From Candidatus Woesearchaeota archaeon (GTDB lineage: Archaea; Nanobdellota; Nanobdellia; Woesearchaeales; ARS49), in NCBI GenBank assembly GCA_038891615.1, contig JAWADY010000001.1, positions 96,001-160,000 on the forward strand: a DNA stretch of 64,000 nucleotides, written 5' to 3'. The notes under the pieces are model-generated. The model did no database searches and was not told the DNA's origin. It saw only the letters and a program-made list of their open reading frames with translations. How positions within the stretch are numbered: the stretch's first letter is position 1; each line of letters starts with the position of its first letter. The position numbers were made by a program, and so were the translations under genes. Positions 48,896-58,584 of this stretch are shown one piece after another.

Positions 48896-50746
48896 TTACA
48901 AAGCAATCTCCACATCTCTACCGAATATTTTTTTAAGGCTTTCAAACAGAGCCTCTCTTACAAAAACGCGCTGTGGAATTGCAATCCTTACTAATGCTTT
49001 TTCGAGCTCTTCAGGACTTGCATCTTCAAGTTCACCAAGACTACCATCTGGGTTTATTTTTGCTTTAGAAATCTTCTTTGGTTCTGCATCGATATCGTGA
49101 GTTATGAAAGCTGTTTCGCCCAAAAGCAAAACTTCGCCAAATTTTTCTCCGCGTTTTACTTTTATTTTCGCCCTCTCAAGCTCATAAACCCGTTTGCGTT
49201 GCATCCACTCAACAATCGCTCTTATGAATTCGCTTGCCTCACGTCTAACCTTTTCAACTTCAACCTTCGTAAGCTTGCCCGAATCGTAATCCTGCCGTGC
49301 TTTCATAATTGAATGTAAGAGCCTTGCCAATTTCGGAGAAAGTTTTCCTGTTGCAACAAGTTTTTCTTCAAATAAATCAACAAGTTCTGCTTCAGGAATG
49401 TTCTCGCGGCCTTCAAGCCTCAGCGCATCCCGCAGAACAGCCAGAATGCTATCATAAATGTTCAACACAGATTCTCTATCTTTCAACTCTTGTATTTTTG
49501 CAAAAAGCTCTTTAATCTTTTTCAGATAGTCTTCAGCGCCTGTCAGCAGCTGGTCTACTTCAACGCCTGAGATTTGTTTTTTCTCTGCATGCTCAAGCTC
49601 CTTCCTTGTAGCAATAACTTTTTCAAGTAAATTGACATCCTTATTCTCAAGCATCCCTTCTTTTTTAACAAAAATCTCTCGCATTAGTTCAGGTGTTTCC
49701 TTTGGGGTTGGTGGTGGCAAACCATAAAGCATTAAGGCAGCTTGACTTGGAGTTAGGACTGCCCAAAAAATGTCTTCCATCCCTATATCACGGAGTTTGA
49801 ATCTTGCGCGCTCTAACATCTGCTCTCCACCAGACATGAACATATCAATAGCTTCTACACTAGGTTTTATTCGTCCCATCCTGAGAAGCTGCTTCCATGG
49901 CATGAAGATTCCTCTGTCATAAAATGGCACGCCGTCCCTCAAAAATGTAAAAATGACAGGATTTGCTTCTCTGATGTTGTCCCAAAACTCTGTGAGAATG
50001 TATACCTGGATGTTCAGCTTATTTCTAATGCCGGTTATCTCTCCGGCTTCAATTCCCATTCCTATGATTATCGCCCTTAGCTTATCCTTGAGTTCTGCCC
50101 TCGTCATCCTCTTCACATCCGTATCGTCAATGACGACAAAAACATCTATATCTGATTCCTTTGTTGCACGGCCTTGAACAAGGCTTCCTGCAAGCACATA
50201 AGCAACAATGTATTTCTCAAACTTTTTCAGGACCATATTCTTATGAATCTCTGCAATTTTTATTGCTGAGAGCATTCCTCTGTCAAATATTGGTGCTGAA
50301 AGTGCTATCATTTCAAGAAAATCATACTTTCCATCATAGCAAGCTTGCCAAACTTCTGAAAGCAAAAGGGCTTGAGGAGCAAGGTTTGGGTCAATTTCCT
50401 TTGCGGAGGCTTCAAGTATTGAAACTAATTTTCCTTTCAATTCATCTTTTGTCATCTTTGTAGGTTCTGTATCATCGACAAGCACGAGTATGTTTATTTT
50501 CTTCTCTTTGTCAGGTTTTTCTATGTCTTCTTTGCTTGGAGGAAGAAGCGCAATTCCGACGATATATTTTTCAAATTTTTCAAGTATCAACTTTTGGAAA
50601 CGCTCTAATTTTGCTTTTATTTCAGCAAGTTTTTCCTGAAGTTCCTTTGGTAGCTTTTCAATACCTTCGACAGCTTGGCCAGCAGTGCCACCCATTTTTT
50701 TTGTTTCATCCTCCTTCTTTACAGTTTCTTTTGCTTTTTTTGCCAT
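48896..50746 (-). CDS. Duplicated nucleotidyltransferase (MNT-like) domain protein with HEPN-like helical domains
   Basis: Internal duplication FEKYIVG..LVDDT..MTKDELK / FEKYIVA..GSLVQG.ATKESDIDVFVVIDDT..MTRAELK; only the second copy keeps GS..DxD. Confidence 0.8.
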   Translation of the reverse strand: MAKKAKETVKKEDETKKMGGTAGQAVEGIEKLPKELQEKLAEIKAKLERFQKLILEKFEKYIVGIALLPPSKEDIEKPDKEKKINILVLVDDTEPTKMTKDELKGKLVSILEASAKEIDPNLAPQALLLSEVWQACYDGKYDFLEMIALSAPIFDRGMLSAIKIAEIHKNMVLKKFEKYIVAYVLAGSLVQGRATKESDIDVFVVIDDTDVKRMTRAELKDKLRAIIIGMGIEAGEITGIRNKLNIQVYILTEFWDNIREANPVIFTFLRDGVPFYDRGIFMPWKQLLRMGRIKPSVEAIDMFMSGGEQMLERARFKLRDIGMEDIFWAVLTPSQAALMLYGLPPPTPKETPELMREIFVKKEGMLENKDVNLLEKVIATRKELEHAEKKQISGVEVDQLLTGAEDYLKKIKELFAKIQELKDRESVLNIYDSILAVLRDALRLEGRENIPEAELVDLFEEKLVATGKLSPKLARLLHSIMKARQDYDSGKLTKVEVEKVRREASEFIRAIVEWMQRKRVYELERAKIKVKRGEKFGEVLLLGETAFITHDIDAEPKKISKAKINPDGSLGELEDASPEELEKALVRIAIPQRVFVREALFESLKKIFGRDVEIAL

Positions 50747-50756
50747 TCAAATCACC

Positions 50757-51527
50757 TTACTGTTGCAAGAGCACGATTTGTTCAAGAGGTCTTGGCACGC
50801 TTATGGAACCTGAAGCGAATTGATAGAAAAGGGCAAGAGGACTCACTCCTTTTGAGAGCTGTTCTGAAACAAAGTTGAAAGCAACATCATGAATACCGTT
50901 TTGCGCTGGCCTTGATAAAAAAGGAGCTATTGACTTTGAAAGTCCAGCCACGTCATTTTCATAGATAGTTTTCATCCACCCAAAGCTAAATGCGTATGCT
51001 TTTGCTTCCTCGTCAATAGGATTCTGCAAGCTTTTTGTCAATACATGACCAATCTCATGACCCACTGTCAGCATAACCTTATCTAAATGACCTTTTTTTA
51101 CGAACACTCTGCTTATTCCGCGCTCTTCATTTAATGAAAACCCTTCTACAATGCCAGCAGCGTTGTTCATACGCGAGAACTCCTCTGGCTCACAAAGTTC
51201 TATTGCAATATTTCCTGGGAATTCCTTCTTCATCATAAGCTTGAATGTCTTCCTAATGTATTCAAAAATCTCAGAGAGCTCACTGACAAAGGGCGAGGTT
51301 GGTCTGTTTTTTAGAAGGAAATTCTCGGCAACAAAAAAATGACTAAGGCTTTTATGCGAAAGAGAAAAGTTGTAATCAGACAGATGACTTTCATGCTCAT
51401 AACCACGAATGTCTGGAAATTGAATATGATAATTTTGATTGGATCGAGGAATATAGCCAAAAACAGGTTGGAAAAAATAAGTCCTTACAACCGGAAATGT
51501 AGAGTAATAAATACTTCCCATTTTCAT
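50757..51527 (-). CDS. Hypothetical protein with a zincin HEXXH motif
   Basis: TVGHEIGHV ... EEAKAYAF. Confidence 0.65.
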   Translation of the reverse strand: MKMGSIYYSTFPVVRTYFFQPVFGYIPRSNQNYHIQFPDIRGYEHESHLSDYNFSLSHKSLSHFFVAENFLLKNRPTSPFVSELSEIFEYIRKTFKLMMKKEFPGNIAIELCEPEEFSRMNNAAGIVEGFSLNEERGISRVFVKKGHLDKVMLTVGHEIGHVLTKSLQNPIDEEAKAYAFSFGWMKTIYENDVAGLSKSIAPFLSRPAQNGIHDVAFNFVSEQLSKGVSPLALFYQFASGSISVPRPLEQIVLLQQ

Positions 51528-51538
51528 TCAAAAACTTT

Positions 51539-51745
51539 TTATTTCAGCTTTTCTTCTAGAGGTTTTTTGGCTTTTTTTGCTTCCTCGACAATGTCCACTC
51601 CTAAATCCTTCAGCGCTTTGATGTGCATTTGCATTAGTTGCTCTACTATTGCCACAAGCCTTACAAGTTCCTCACGCTCTTTTGCGAGTGTCGTAAGCGA
51701 GCCCTTATGAAAGCCTATTTGTTCTTCTTTTGAAACTTCTGCCAT
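51539..51745 (-). CDS. Small coiled-coil hypothetical protein
   Basis: GGGGTGA RBS; 68 aa; first gene of an apparent 3-gene operon. Confidence 0.75.
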   Translation of the reverse strand: MAEVSKEEQIGFHKGSLTTLAKEREELVRLVAIVEQLMQMHIKALKDLGVDIVEEAKKAKKPLEEKLK

Positions 51746-51798
51746 TTTTCACCCCCAATAATAGGAAATATTACATCAAGCACACTATTTAAAGATGG

Positions 51799-51816
51799 TG
51801 TGACAAAAAAGTCATA
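51799..51816. promoter_or_regulatory. Operator TGTGAC-N6-GTCATA, identical to the 3700 site
   Basis: Exact 19-nt match to 3699-3717; 5 nt upstream of the minus-strand TATA TTTAAATA (51786-51793). Confidence 0.7.
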
Positions 51817-51921
51817 GTAGCTGGTTTTGTTGAAAAACAAAAACCACATATTTTGAAAATGTGGTGTTAATTGTTGATGATTTCTTCAAGAACAAAAAGA
51901 ATATTTTTTGCCAAAACAAAA

Positions 51922-52026
51922 CGCCACCGCCCGGATTTGAACCGGGAATCCCTTGCGGGACTGGTTTGCTTTAAGCCAAATAGGCTTGTTCAAGACCAGC
52001 GCACTACCAGGTTATGCGACGGTGGC
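51922..52026 (-). tRNA. tRNA-Ser (TGA) with a 22-nt intron at 37/38 (51967-51988)
   Basis: GCCACCG/CGGTGGC-G acceptor; CTGGT-CT-TGA-A[intron]A-ACCAG; variable arm TCCCGCAAGGGA; GGTTCAAATCC. Confidence 0.93.
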
Positions 52027-52090
52027 GTGAAAGCAAATACAACAATAAAAAGAAATGAATGGGATTTATAAATTTTGGTCTTCTACATAC

Positions 52091-52888
52091 TTATTCTATT
52101 TTGAAGACCATTGACTTTGGTGTTTGAGTGGAAAAAATTAGGCTAAACTTGTTTATAGGTTTACCAGTGAAAAGCCTTTTGACAACAGCTTTTTCTGACA
52201 CACCATCCAAAAGTTTTATTGTGTCTTCGGTAACAAAAAGATATGCTGTTGTTGCACAGTCCGCATAGCTAGAAGGTTCAAGGTTGCGAGAAATCTTTTG
52301 CTCACATGCAAGCATTTTAAAAATCTCAGTTGAGAGTTTATCGTCTTCAGTGGTCAGTGCCTTTTCAAGCCAAAAAAATATTTCTGCGTCTTTTTCATTT
52401 TCAAGGTTAAATGCGCGGGCGCCTTTTGGAAGCGCACAGGGCAAGGCATTTGTCGCTTTTAATCTGCGCACACCATAGTAGGCTACCACGAATACTGCTA
52501 CGAGAATTATAAGAGCAAAAACAACTGCTATTGCTTTTTTGCCTCCACTTCGAACAGGGCTTGTGCCAGCAGAATTGTTTTTTGCATTGTTAAAGCCTTT
52601 ATGTTTTTTGTTCGGGTTGCGGGCATTTTTTGAGTTTGAAACGGGTTTTGATACTTTTGGTTGACGCTTTGCTATGATTGCATTTGCCGCTCTAGAAACA
52701 TATTTTGCCTGGGAAACGCGCTTAGTCTGTTCATTAAAACCTGTTTCGCTTTTCACTCTTTCAGTGTTGTTTATTTCCTTTTCAAGCTCGTCAAACTCGC
52801 GATTCAACTCGAAAGAAGTCTGAGCCTTTTCAGCCTTTTCCTTTTCAAGTTCTTCAGCAACATCCAGTGAAGTTGACCAATGCGACAT
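52091..52888 (-). CDS. Single-TM hypothetical protein
   Basis: Charged/disordered N-terminus, TM AIAVVFALIILVAVFVVAYY, C-terminal globular domain. Confidence 0.7.
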   Translation of the reverse strand: MSHWSTSLDVAEELEKEKAEKAQTSFELNREFDELEKEINNTERVKSETGFNEQTKRVSQAKYVSRAANAIIAKRQPKVSKPVSNSKNARNPNKKHKGFNNAKNNSAGTSPVRSGGKKAIAVVFALIILVAVFVVAYYGVRRLKATNALPCALPKGARAFNLENEKDAEIFFWLEKALTTEDDKLSTEIFKMLACEQKISRNLEPSSYADCATTAYLFVTEDTIKLLDGVSEKAVVKRLFTGKPINKFSLIFSTQTPKSMVFKIE

Positions 52889-52945
52889 TTGCACACTCCT
52901 GTTTGTGACACGATTCTAAAGTGGTGGTTTAAAAGCTTTGTTGTT

Positions 52946-53434
52946 TTAAAATAGACTAATTTCTTTTATCCTCGCTGCATAAAATTCCTTTTTTGTGAGG
53001 ACAGAGCCAACGCGCCAAAGAATAAAACCAATTACAAAAAAACTAATGGCAAGGACTGTTACGCTTGGCACTGTTCGCTCGAGATAAGCTGCGATTGCAG
53101 GACCAACGGCTGGAAAATAATCGACAAGAGGCATAAGAATCACTTCCTTGCCAAAAAGTATGAAAAGAATGGCGAGAATTCCAGGGACAAAAGTCATCAA
53201 GCCAAGCCTCTTTACTGTCTGCCCAAAAGAGCCTTCCACCATGAGCATTATTAAGATTGCAATACCAACAAGTGCAATTGATGCAGTGAAAGCCCTTGGC
53301 GCAAAATGTGTTTGAATGACAACAAGAGGGATTAAAGCCGTAAGACCAGTAACATAAGCAAGTCTTGCAAGATAACGCGCAATAGCCCTAAAAATCACAG
53401 TTACAAGCCCCTTTTTTTGTTGCATTATTAACAT
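52946..53434 (-). CDS. Hypothetical membrane protein (about 4 TM)
   Basis: Four hydrophobic segments. Confidence 0.7.
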   Translation of the reverse strand: MLIMQQKKGLVTVIFRAIARYLARLAYVTGLTALIPLVVIQTHFAPRAFTASIALVGIAILIMLMVEGSFGQTVKRLGLMTFVPGILAILFILFGKEVILMPLVDYFPAVGPAIAAYLERTVPSVTVLAISFFVIGFILWRVGSVLTKKEFYAARIKEISLF

Positions 53435-53530
53435 GAAATGCCATCTTTTAAAAATATTTTTGTTTAAAAACTTAGTGAATTTTCAACAGAAATTACTGCC
53501 TCTTATTACATAGAAAAAATAAGGAATCTG

Positions 53531-54229
53531 TCAAAGCATCCCAGGAGCCAAAGGTGCTTTTTTCTTTATCTCACCGACATATCTGCAATACTCACAGCTC
53601 TCAGATTGTTTTGGAATGCCGCCTTCAAGAATTTGATATGCCCTTTTTATTAGTGCCACAGCATCATCAGCTTTTATTTCAACCTTGCGAAGGTCTGAGT
53701 GGAATGCTATGCTGGTTTTTTCATTGCTGCTCAGAATTCCTTCGGGGTGCAAGAAAAGTAGATATGCATAATCATGTGTTTTATGTCCATTGTTTCTTAG
53801 GAGGAAATTGTAAATCGAAAGCTGAGGTAGGTAATAATCTATAGTGTTTTCTTTTGCAGCCGAACCGCGCGTTTTGAAATCTAGCACAACAAGTTTGTCA
53901 TCAACTATAAGAAGATCATCAATTGCCCCCTTAATGACACTCCCCTTATCATCCTTCCAATTTAGACCTTTTAAATTGTTTCTCCAAACACTAAGAAGTG
54001 AATATTCTTTGAAAAGATTTGCCTTACCTTTGAGCTGAGCGAGCATTGGCGGAAGCTCATTTTTGCTCCTAAAAGAATCAAAGTGTTCTTTAATTATCCT
54101 GTCTATGCCAGACGGAAGAGTGGGAAAAGCGCCACGTGGCCTCACAATACCTTTTTTAAAATGAAGCCAAAAGCACCTTGGGCATTCATCTAAGATGTTA
54201 AGGGTTGATGCAGTGAAATTATACCCCAT
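53531..54229 (-). CDS. Standalone PD-(D/E)XK nuclease (Cas4/AddB-like)
   Basis: ECPRCFW, GAIDDLL, VLDFKT, QL.IY, C-terminal CEYC.Y. Confidence 0.85.
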   Translation of the reverse strand: MGYNFTASTLNILDECPRCFWLHFKKGIVRPRGAFPTLPSGIDRIIKEHFDSFRSKNELPPMLAQLKGKANLFKEYSLLSVWRNNLKGLNWKDDKGSVIKGAIDDLLIVDDKLVVLDFKTRGSAAKENTIDYYLPQLSIYNFLLRNNGHKTHDYAYLLFLHPEGILSSNEKTSIAFHSDLRKVEIKADDAVALIKRAYQILEGGIPKQSESCEYCRYVGEIKKKAPLAPGML

Positions 54230-54407
54230 AGTAGTCAATTTATGTTGATGGGTTTATAAGGTTTGCTAATACTTTATAATAAATTGGTTAGCAAATGCCA
54301 AAGCAAAAATAGCTTCTGCCATTCAGCTTTGATTGTTAGTCTTCATTATTTTACAGTCGTCACATAAACAGAAAAATTTAAATAAAAGATGCGTATGACC
54401 ATTTTCT

Positions 54408-55409
54408 ATGCCGATAGAACTTAAACAATTAAAAGGGGAAGAATTTATAAAAAAGATATTATCCGGAGAAAAGGATTTCAGTGGAATAAAACTAGAAGTT
54501 GGGTTTGATCTTTCTGGCCATGAAGCTTTTGGACAACTATGCGCATATCTGAAAAAAGAAGACCTCCAAAAAAACCCCATCATATTAAGTGCATCTGAAT
54601 TGCAAGGAATTATAGCAAAAGGAATATATCTTCCATATGTGAAGGCAGACGTAGTTAATCTAAGAAAAGCAAATCTCGAAGAAGCTTATCTGAAGAATGC
54701 AGAAATGAAACTAGCAAACCTTGAAAAAGCAAACCTTAAAGGAGCAGACCTTGAAAAAGCAGACCTTTACAAAGCAAGATTTTACAGAGCATATCTTGAG
54801 AAAACAAACCTCAGCGGAGCAATTCTTTCTCGTGCAAACTTCAAACAAGCATATCTTGCAAAAGCAGACCTAAAAAGCACAAACCTTTATGGAGCAACTC
54901 TCTCAGAAGCAAACCTCTATGAAGCAAACATTGAAGAGGCAAACCTTTACAACACGGATCTTAGCAAAGCAAATCTTGAGAGGGCATGCTTACGGTCAGC
55001 AGACCTGAGCGAAGCAGATCTGTCTTCAGCAGAACTTTTTGAAGCGAACATTGAAAAAGCAAATTTAAGTGCGACAAAGTGCATGTTTTCAAATTTCAGA
55101 AGGGCAAACCTTAAAGAAGCAAATCTTTCCAGGGCAAACTTTGAGTGCGCAAACCTTTCCGAAGCATATCTGGAAAAAGCAAACCTTTCTAAAGCAGATT
55201 TCGAAGAAGCTGACCTTTGGAAAGCAAAGCTTAAGGAAGCAGACGTTTCAAGAACAACCTTTTATAAAACAAACCTTGAAGATGTCAAGGATATAGAATC
55301 TGCATTAAATTTAGAACGCGCACTTTTTGAAGCAGTCACAATTTCAGAAAAAGAAAGGAAAATTTTTGAAAAAATATTTGCAGAAAAAAAATTTTTCGTT
55401 GTTGAATAA
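54408..55409 (+). CDS. Pentapeptide repeat protein
   Basis: About 40 tandem A(N/D/Y)Lxx repeats. Confidence 0.95.
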   Translation: MPIELKQLKGEEFIKKILSGEKDFSGIKLEVGFDLSGHEAFGQLCAYLKKEDLQKNPIILSASELQGIIAKGIYLPYVKADVVNLRKANLEEAYLKNAEMKLANLEKANLKGADLEKADLYKARFYRAYLEKTNLSGAILSRANFKQAYLAKADLKSTNLYGATLSEANLYEANIEEANLYNTDLSKANLERACLRSADLSEADLSSAELFEANIEKANLSATKCMFSNFRRANLKEANLSRANFECANLSEAYLEKANLSKADFEEADLWKAKLKEADVSRTTFYKTNLEDVKDIESALNLERALFEAVTISEKERKIFEKIFAEKKFFVVE

Positions 55410-55603
55410 GATTTTTGATTTTCTATTTTAATCCAAAAAGAATTTGTTTCAAGACAAATTCTGATATAACTTAGCTATCAAATGTTTTTATAAAGGTTTG
55501 GAAGACATTCCTATACCTAATAGTAAGAACTATGTTAAGTATTTGAATCTTTCAGTTAGTATATAGCAATATTTATATGCTAAATTTAATATAACTGACT
55601 AGT

Positions 55604-55750
55604 ATGGGAAAAATTAAAATAGAAGGTTATGTTGCGAACTATGCGAGCATGAATTGTGGTTCCTTTAAGGTTACAAAACCAAAGAGCTAAAAGTGTGTCC
55701 TAAATGCAAAAGCCTTTATTGGAATAGGCCAAGAAAAAAAGGTGAAATAA
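55604..55750 (+). pseudogene. Frameshifted remnant of a small zinc-ribbon gene upstream of mod
   Basis: MGKIKIEGY, CELCEHE and KVCPKCKSLYWNRPRKK are read in different frames, with stops. Confidence 0.6.
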
Positions 55751-55751
55751 G

Positions 55752-57773
55752 ATGCAACTTGATGATGAACTAAAACAAGACCTCATAAAAATGATAGAAG
55801 AAGGCAAAGAGATTCCTGAATCTTTCAAAAATCTTCTATTTCCGCCTAAAGAAGAGCCAAAAGAGATGGAGTTGAAATATGGCATTAAGGAAAGAGAGGA
55901 AGACATTTTGGCTGACACAATGGCAATGCCATTTCAGCCTGTAAAGCAGTTTGGCAATGTGAAGGAAGGCGAATGGCACAACATGCTTATTTTTGGCGAC
56001 AACTTGCAGGCATTAAAGTATCTGAAAAAACTTCAGGACGAAGGAAAACTAGAAAAGATAAAACTTGTTTTCATTGACCCTCCATTTGGCACAGGAGACA
56101 TTTACGATGCAAAAGGCGAACCTGCTTATTCTGCAAAACTACAAGGAGCAGAATTCATTGAGTTTTTAAGAAAAAGATTAATTTTCTTAAGAGAATTGCT
56201 TGCAGATGACGGAAGCATTTATGTTAGGATGGATTATCATTTCGGACATTATGTTAAAGTCATAATGGATGAGATTTTTGGGAAGGAGAATTTTAGGAAT
56301 GAGATAGTTGTTAGAAGATCTACACAAATGGGAACTACAGCAGATAGATTTCCAACAGCTTTGGATTCTATTTTTTGGTACTCTGTAGACTCGAATAATT
56401 TTATTTTTAATCAAATAAAACGAAAAAGAATTTGTAGGTATTGCGGACAGGAAAGAAAATCTCAATGGATTTTAATGCATTCGCCGGGAATAAGACACCC
56501 TCCTGAAAGAATATTTTTTGGCAGAAAGTTATTACCACCGAAAGGAAGGCACTGGACTTTTATACAAGAAAAAATTGATGCTTTAATTAAGAAAGGCGAA
56601 CTGAGAATAAACAAAAAGATAAAATATATTGATCTAGAAGGAAAAGAAATAATTGGAATGCCAGAATACCTCCAATCACCAGAAGAGACAGTTGATTCAA
56701 ATTGGTCAGATATTTCAGGATACAGCAAAACGTGGAACTACCCTACTGAAAATTCCGAGGAACTCTTAGAGAGAGTAATCTCAGCATCCTCAAATCCTGG
56801 CGACCTTGTTCTCGATTGCTTTGCAGGCAGCGGCACAACTGGAGCGGTAGCTGAAAAGCTTGGCAGAAGATGGATTATGGTTGATTGTTCCAAGCTGGCA
56901 ATTTATACAATGATAAAGAGATTGCATAATTTGAGAAAAGAAATTGGCAACAAAGGCGAGCCTCTAAAGCCAAAGCCGTTTGTTCTTTATAATGCTGGCT
57001 TGTATGAAGATCATGACTTTATTTTAAAGATGGGTGAAGAGAATTTCAAGAGGTTTGCTCTTGATTTGTTCCAAGCAGAGCCGAAAGATTTTGATATTAA
57101 TGGCTTGAAAATGGATGGAGTTTTGTTTAATTGTCCTGTGAAGGTTTTCTCTCAAAAAGGCTATTTGACAGAGGAGTATATTGACCAATTACATGAAACA
57201 GTTGGAGAATACATCAAGGCAAGAATGTTTATTATTGCACCAGCAAGCAGAGTTTATTTCTTGCAGGATTACATAGAAAAGGATGGAATAAGATATTATG
57301 TTCTAAGAATTCCTTACTCTGTTATTGATGAATTGCATAAAAGAGCTTTCACAAGACCTTTACAGCCGACTTCTGCTAAAGATATTAATCAAAATATAGA
57401 ACAAGTGGGATTTGATTTTATACATCCGCCGAATGTCAAGGCAGAATATTTCAGAAGAAAGCCAAAAGATAAACTGATTGAAGAAGAGCTTGTTATTGAA
57501 ATAAAAGAGTTTGAAGCTGTGCAGAGAGCAAAAGAACCTATTGAATTCAAAGATTCTAAAGAAGCTTTGAGTATGGTTCTAATTGACAAAGATTACAATG
57601 GCAAATACTTCAATATGACTGACTACTTTTTTGCAGATGATATCAAAAAAGAAGGCTACAAAGTAAGAATCCCTGCAAAAGAAGTTGGTGAGAAGGTTTG
57701 CATCATTTACTTGGATATTTTTGGGAATGAGAGGGTTGAGGTTAAGGAGATAAAGGAGTTTAAGAGAGGATGA
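55752..57773 (+). CDS. mod: Type III restriction-modification methyltransferase (Mod)
   Basis: GDNL, IDPPF (motif IV), YPTE....LLER, DCFAGSGTT (motif I), C-terminal YLDIFGNE. Confidence 0.9.
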   Translation: MQLDDELKQDLIKMIEEGKEIPESFKNLLFPPKEEPKEMELKYGIKEREEDILADTMAMPFQPVKQFGNVKEGEWHNMLIFGDNLQALKYLKKLQDEGKLEKIKLVFIDPPFGTGDIYDAKGEPAYSAKLQGAEFIEFLRKRLIFLRELLADDGSIYVRMDYHFGHYVKVIMDEIFGKENFRNEIVVRRSTQMGTTADRFPTALDSIFWYSVDSNNFIFNQIKRKRICRYCGQERKSQWILMHSPGIRHPPERIFFGRKLLPPKGRHWTFIQEKIDALIKKGELRINKKIKYIDLEGKEIIGMPEYLQSPEETVDSNWSDISGYSKTWNYPTENSEELLERVISASSNPGDLVLDCFAGSGTTGAVAEKLGRRWIMVDCSKLAIYTMIKRLHNLRKEIGNKGEPLKPKPFVLYNAGLYEDHDFILKMGEENFKRFALDLFQAEPKDFDINGLKMDGVLFNCPVKVFSQKGYLTEEYIDQLHETVGEYIKARMFIIAPASRVYFLQDYIEKDGIRYYVLRIPYSVIDELHKRAFTRPLQPTSAKDINQNIEQVGFDFIHPPNVKAEYFRRKPKDKLIEEELVIEIKEFEAVQRAKEPIEFKDSKEALSMVLIDKDYNGKYFNMTDYFFADDIKKEGYKVRIPAKEVGEKVCIIYLDIFGNERVEVKEIKEFKRG

Positions 57774-57774
57774 A

Positions 57775-58584
57775 ATGTTTCAAAATTTCCCATTCAATAT
57801 CAAAACACTTAGTTTTTTGATAGCAATAATCGCTGGTATTTTACTCTATTTTGGTAAGGTTATTAGTGATACTAAAGTTGAAAAATACAATAAATTAGAT
57901 TTTTATATTGAAGGTTTATTCTTTTCATCAATTTATTTGTTCTTGCCATTTGTAATTGGATACTACCTTTTTTCTATTAACTGGTTTAAATTCCAAATGT
58001 GGGTTTACGTCTTTATTCAAATTTTAATTCTCGGCTGCTTATCCTGGAATTTTAGAGCACATAATCTCTTAAGAAAGTTTGGTTTAATCAAGGAATTTAA
58101 GAATAGATTTAATAGGAAGATAGAAGAACTTCGGGCTCAAAAAACAGCCATCACCAAATTCATTTCAAAAGAAAGAGAAAGTTGGTTTAAAAAGAAATTT
58201 GGCTTTGATTTTATACAACTGAACATTCTTACATTTTATGATATTCCGATTAAAATTTTTGGTAACAAGAATGTTTTATTTTTATTTTCACTAGCTACAT
58301 TTTTATCAATATTCTACACAATTTCAAATAATTTTATATTAGCAGCATTCTCATTTGTAATTGGTTTTTTTATACTAACAATGATTGCAGTTGCTTATGG
58401 ATTCGGAGATGCTCATTACCCACCATCTAAAATAACTTTGTTGGATGGTAAAGTAATAGAGGGTGATATTATCAAATTCTCTGACGACTTTGTTTTCGTG
58501 TTAAATGAAAATGAAAAAATCTTCGTGAACAAAGACCAAATAAAAACAATAAAGCTGAGCTTATGGAAGGTGAAAAGAAAATGA
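57775..58584 (+). CDS. Polytopic membrane protein (about 5 TM) with C-terminal Sm/Hfq-like domain, inserted in the R-M operon
   Basis: 1-nt gap after mod, ATGA overlap with res; markedly AT-rich; tail ITLLDGKVIEGDIIKFSDDFVFV..KIFVNKDQIKTI. Confidence 0.7.
   Translation: MFQNFPFNIKTLSFLIAIIAGILLYFGKVISDTKVEKYNKLDFYIEGLFFSSIYLFLPFVIGYYLFSINWFKFQMWVYVFIQILILGCLSWNFRAHNLLRKFGLIKEFKNRFNRKIEELRAQKTAITKFISKERESWFKKKFGFDFIQLNILTFYDIPIKIFGNKNVLFLFSLATFLSIFYTISNNFILAAFSFVIGFFILTMIAVAYGFGDAHYPPSKITLLDGKVIEGDIIKFSDDFVFVLNENEKIFVNKDQIKTIKLSLWKVKRK

Noticed and set aside
54650-55280. DNA-level tandem repeats (GCAAACCTT-like units)
   Set aside because: Fully explained by pentapeptide repeat coding
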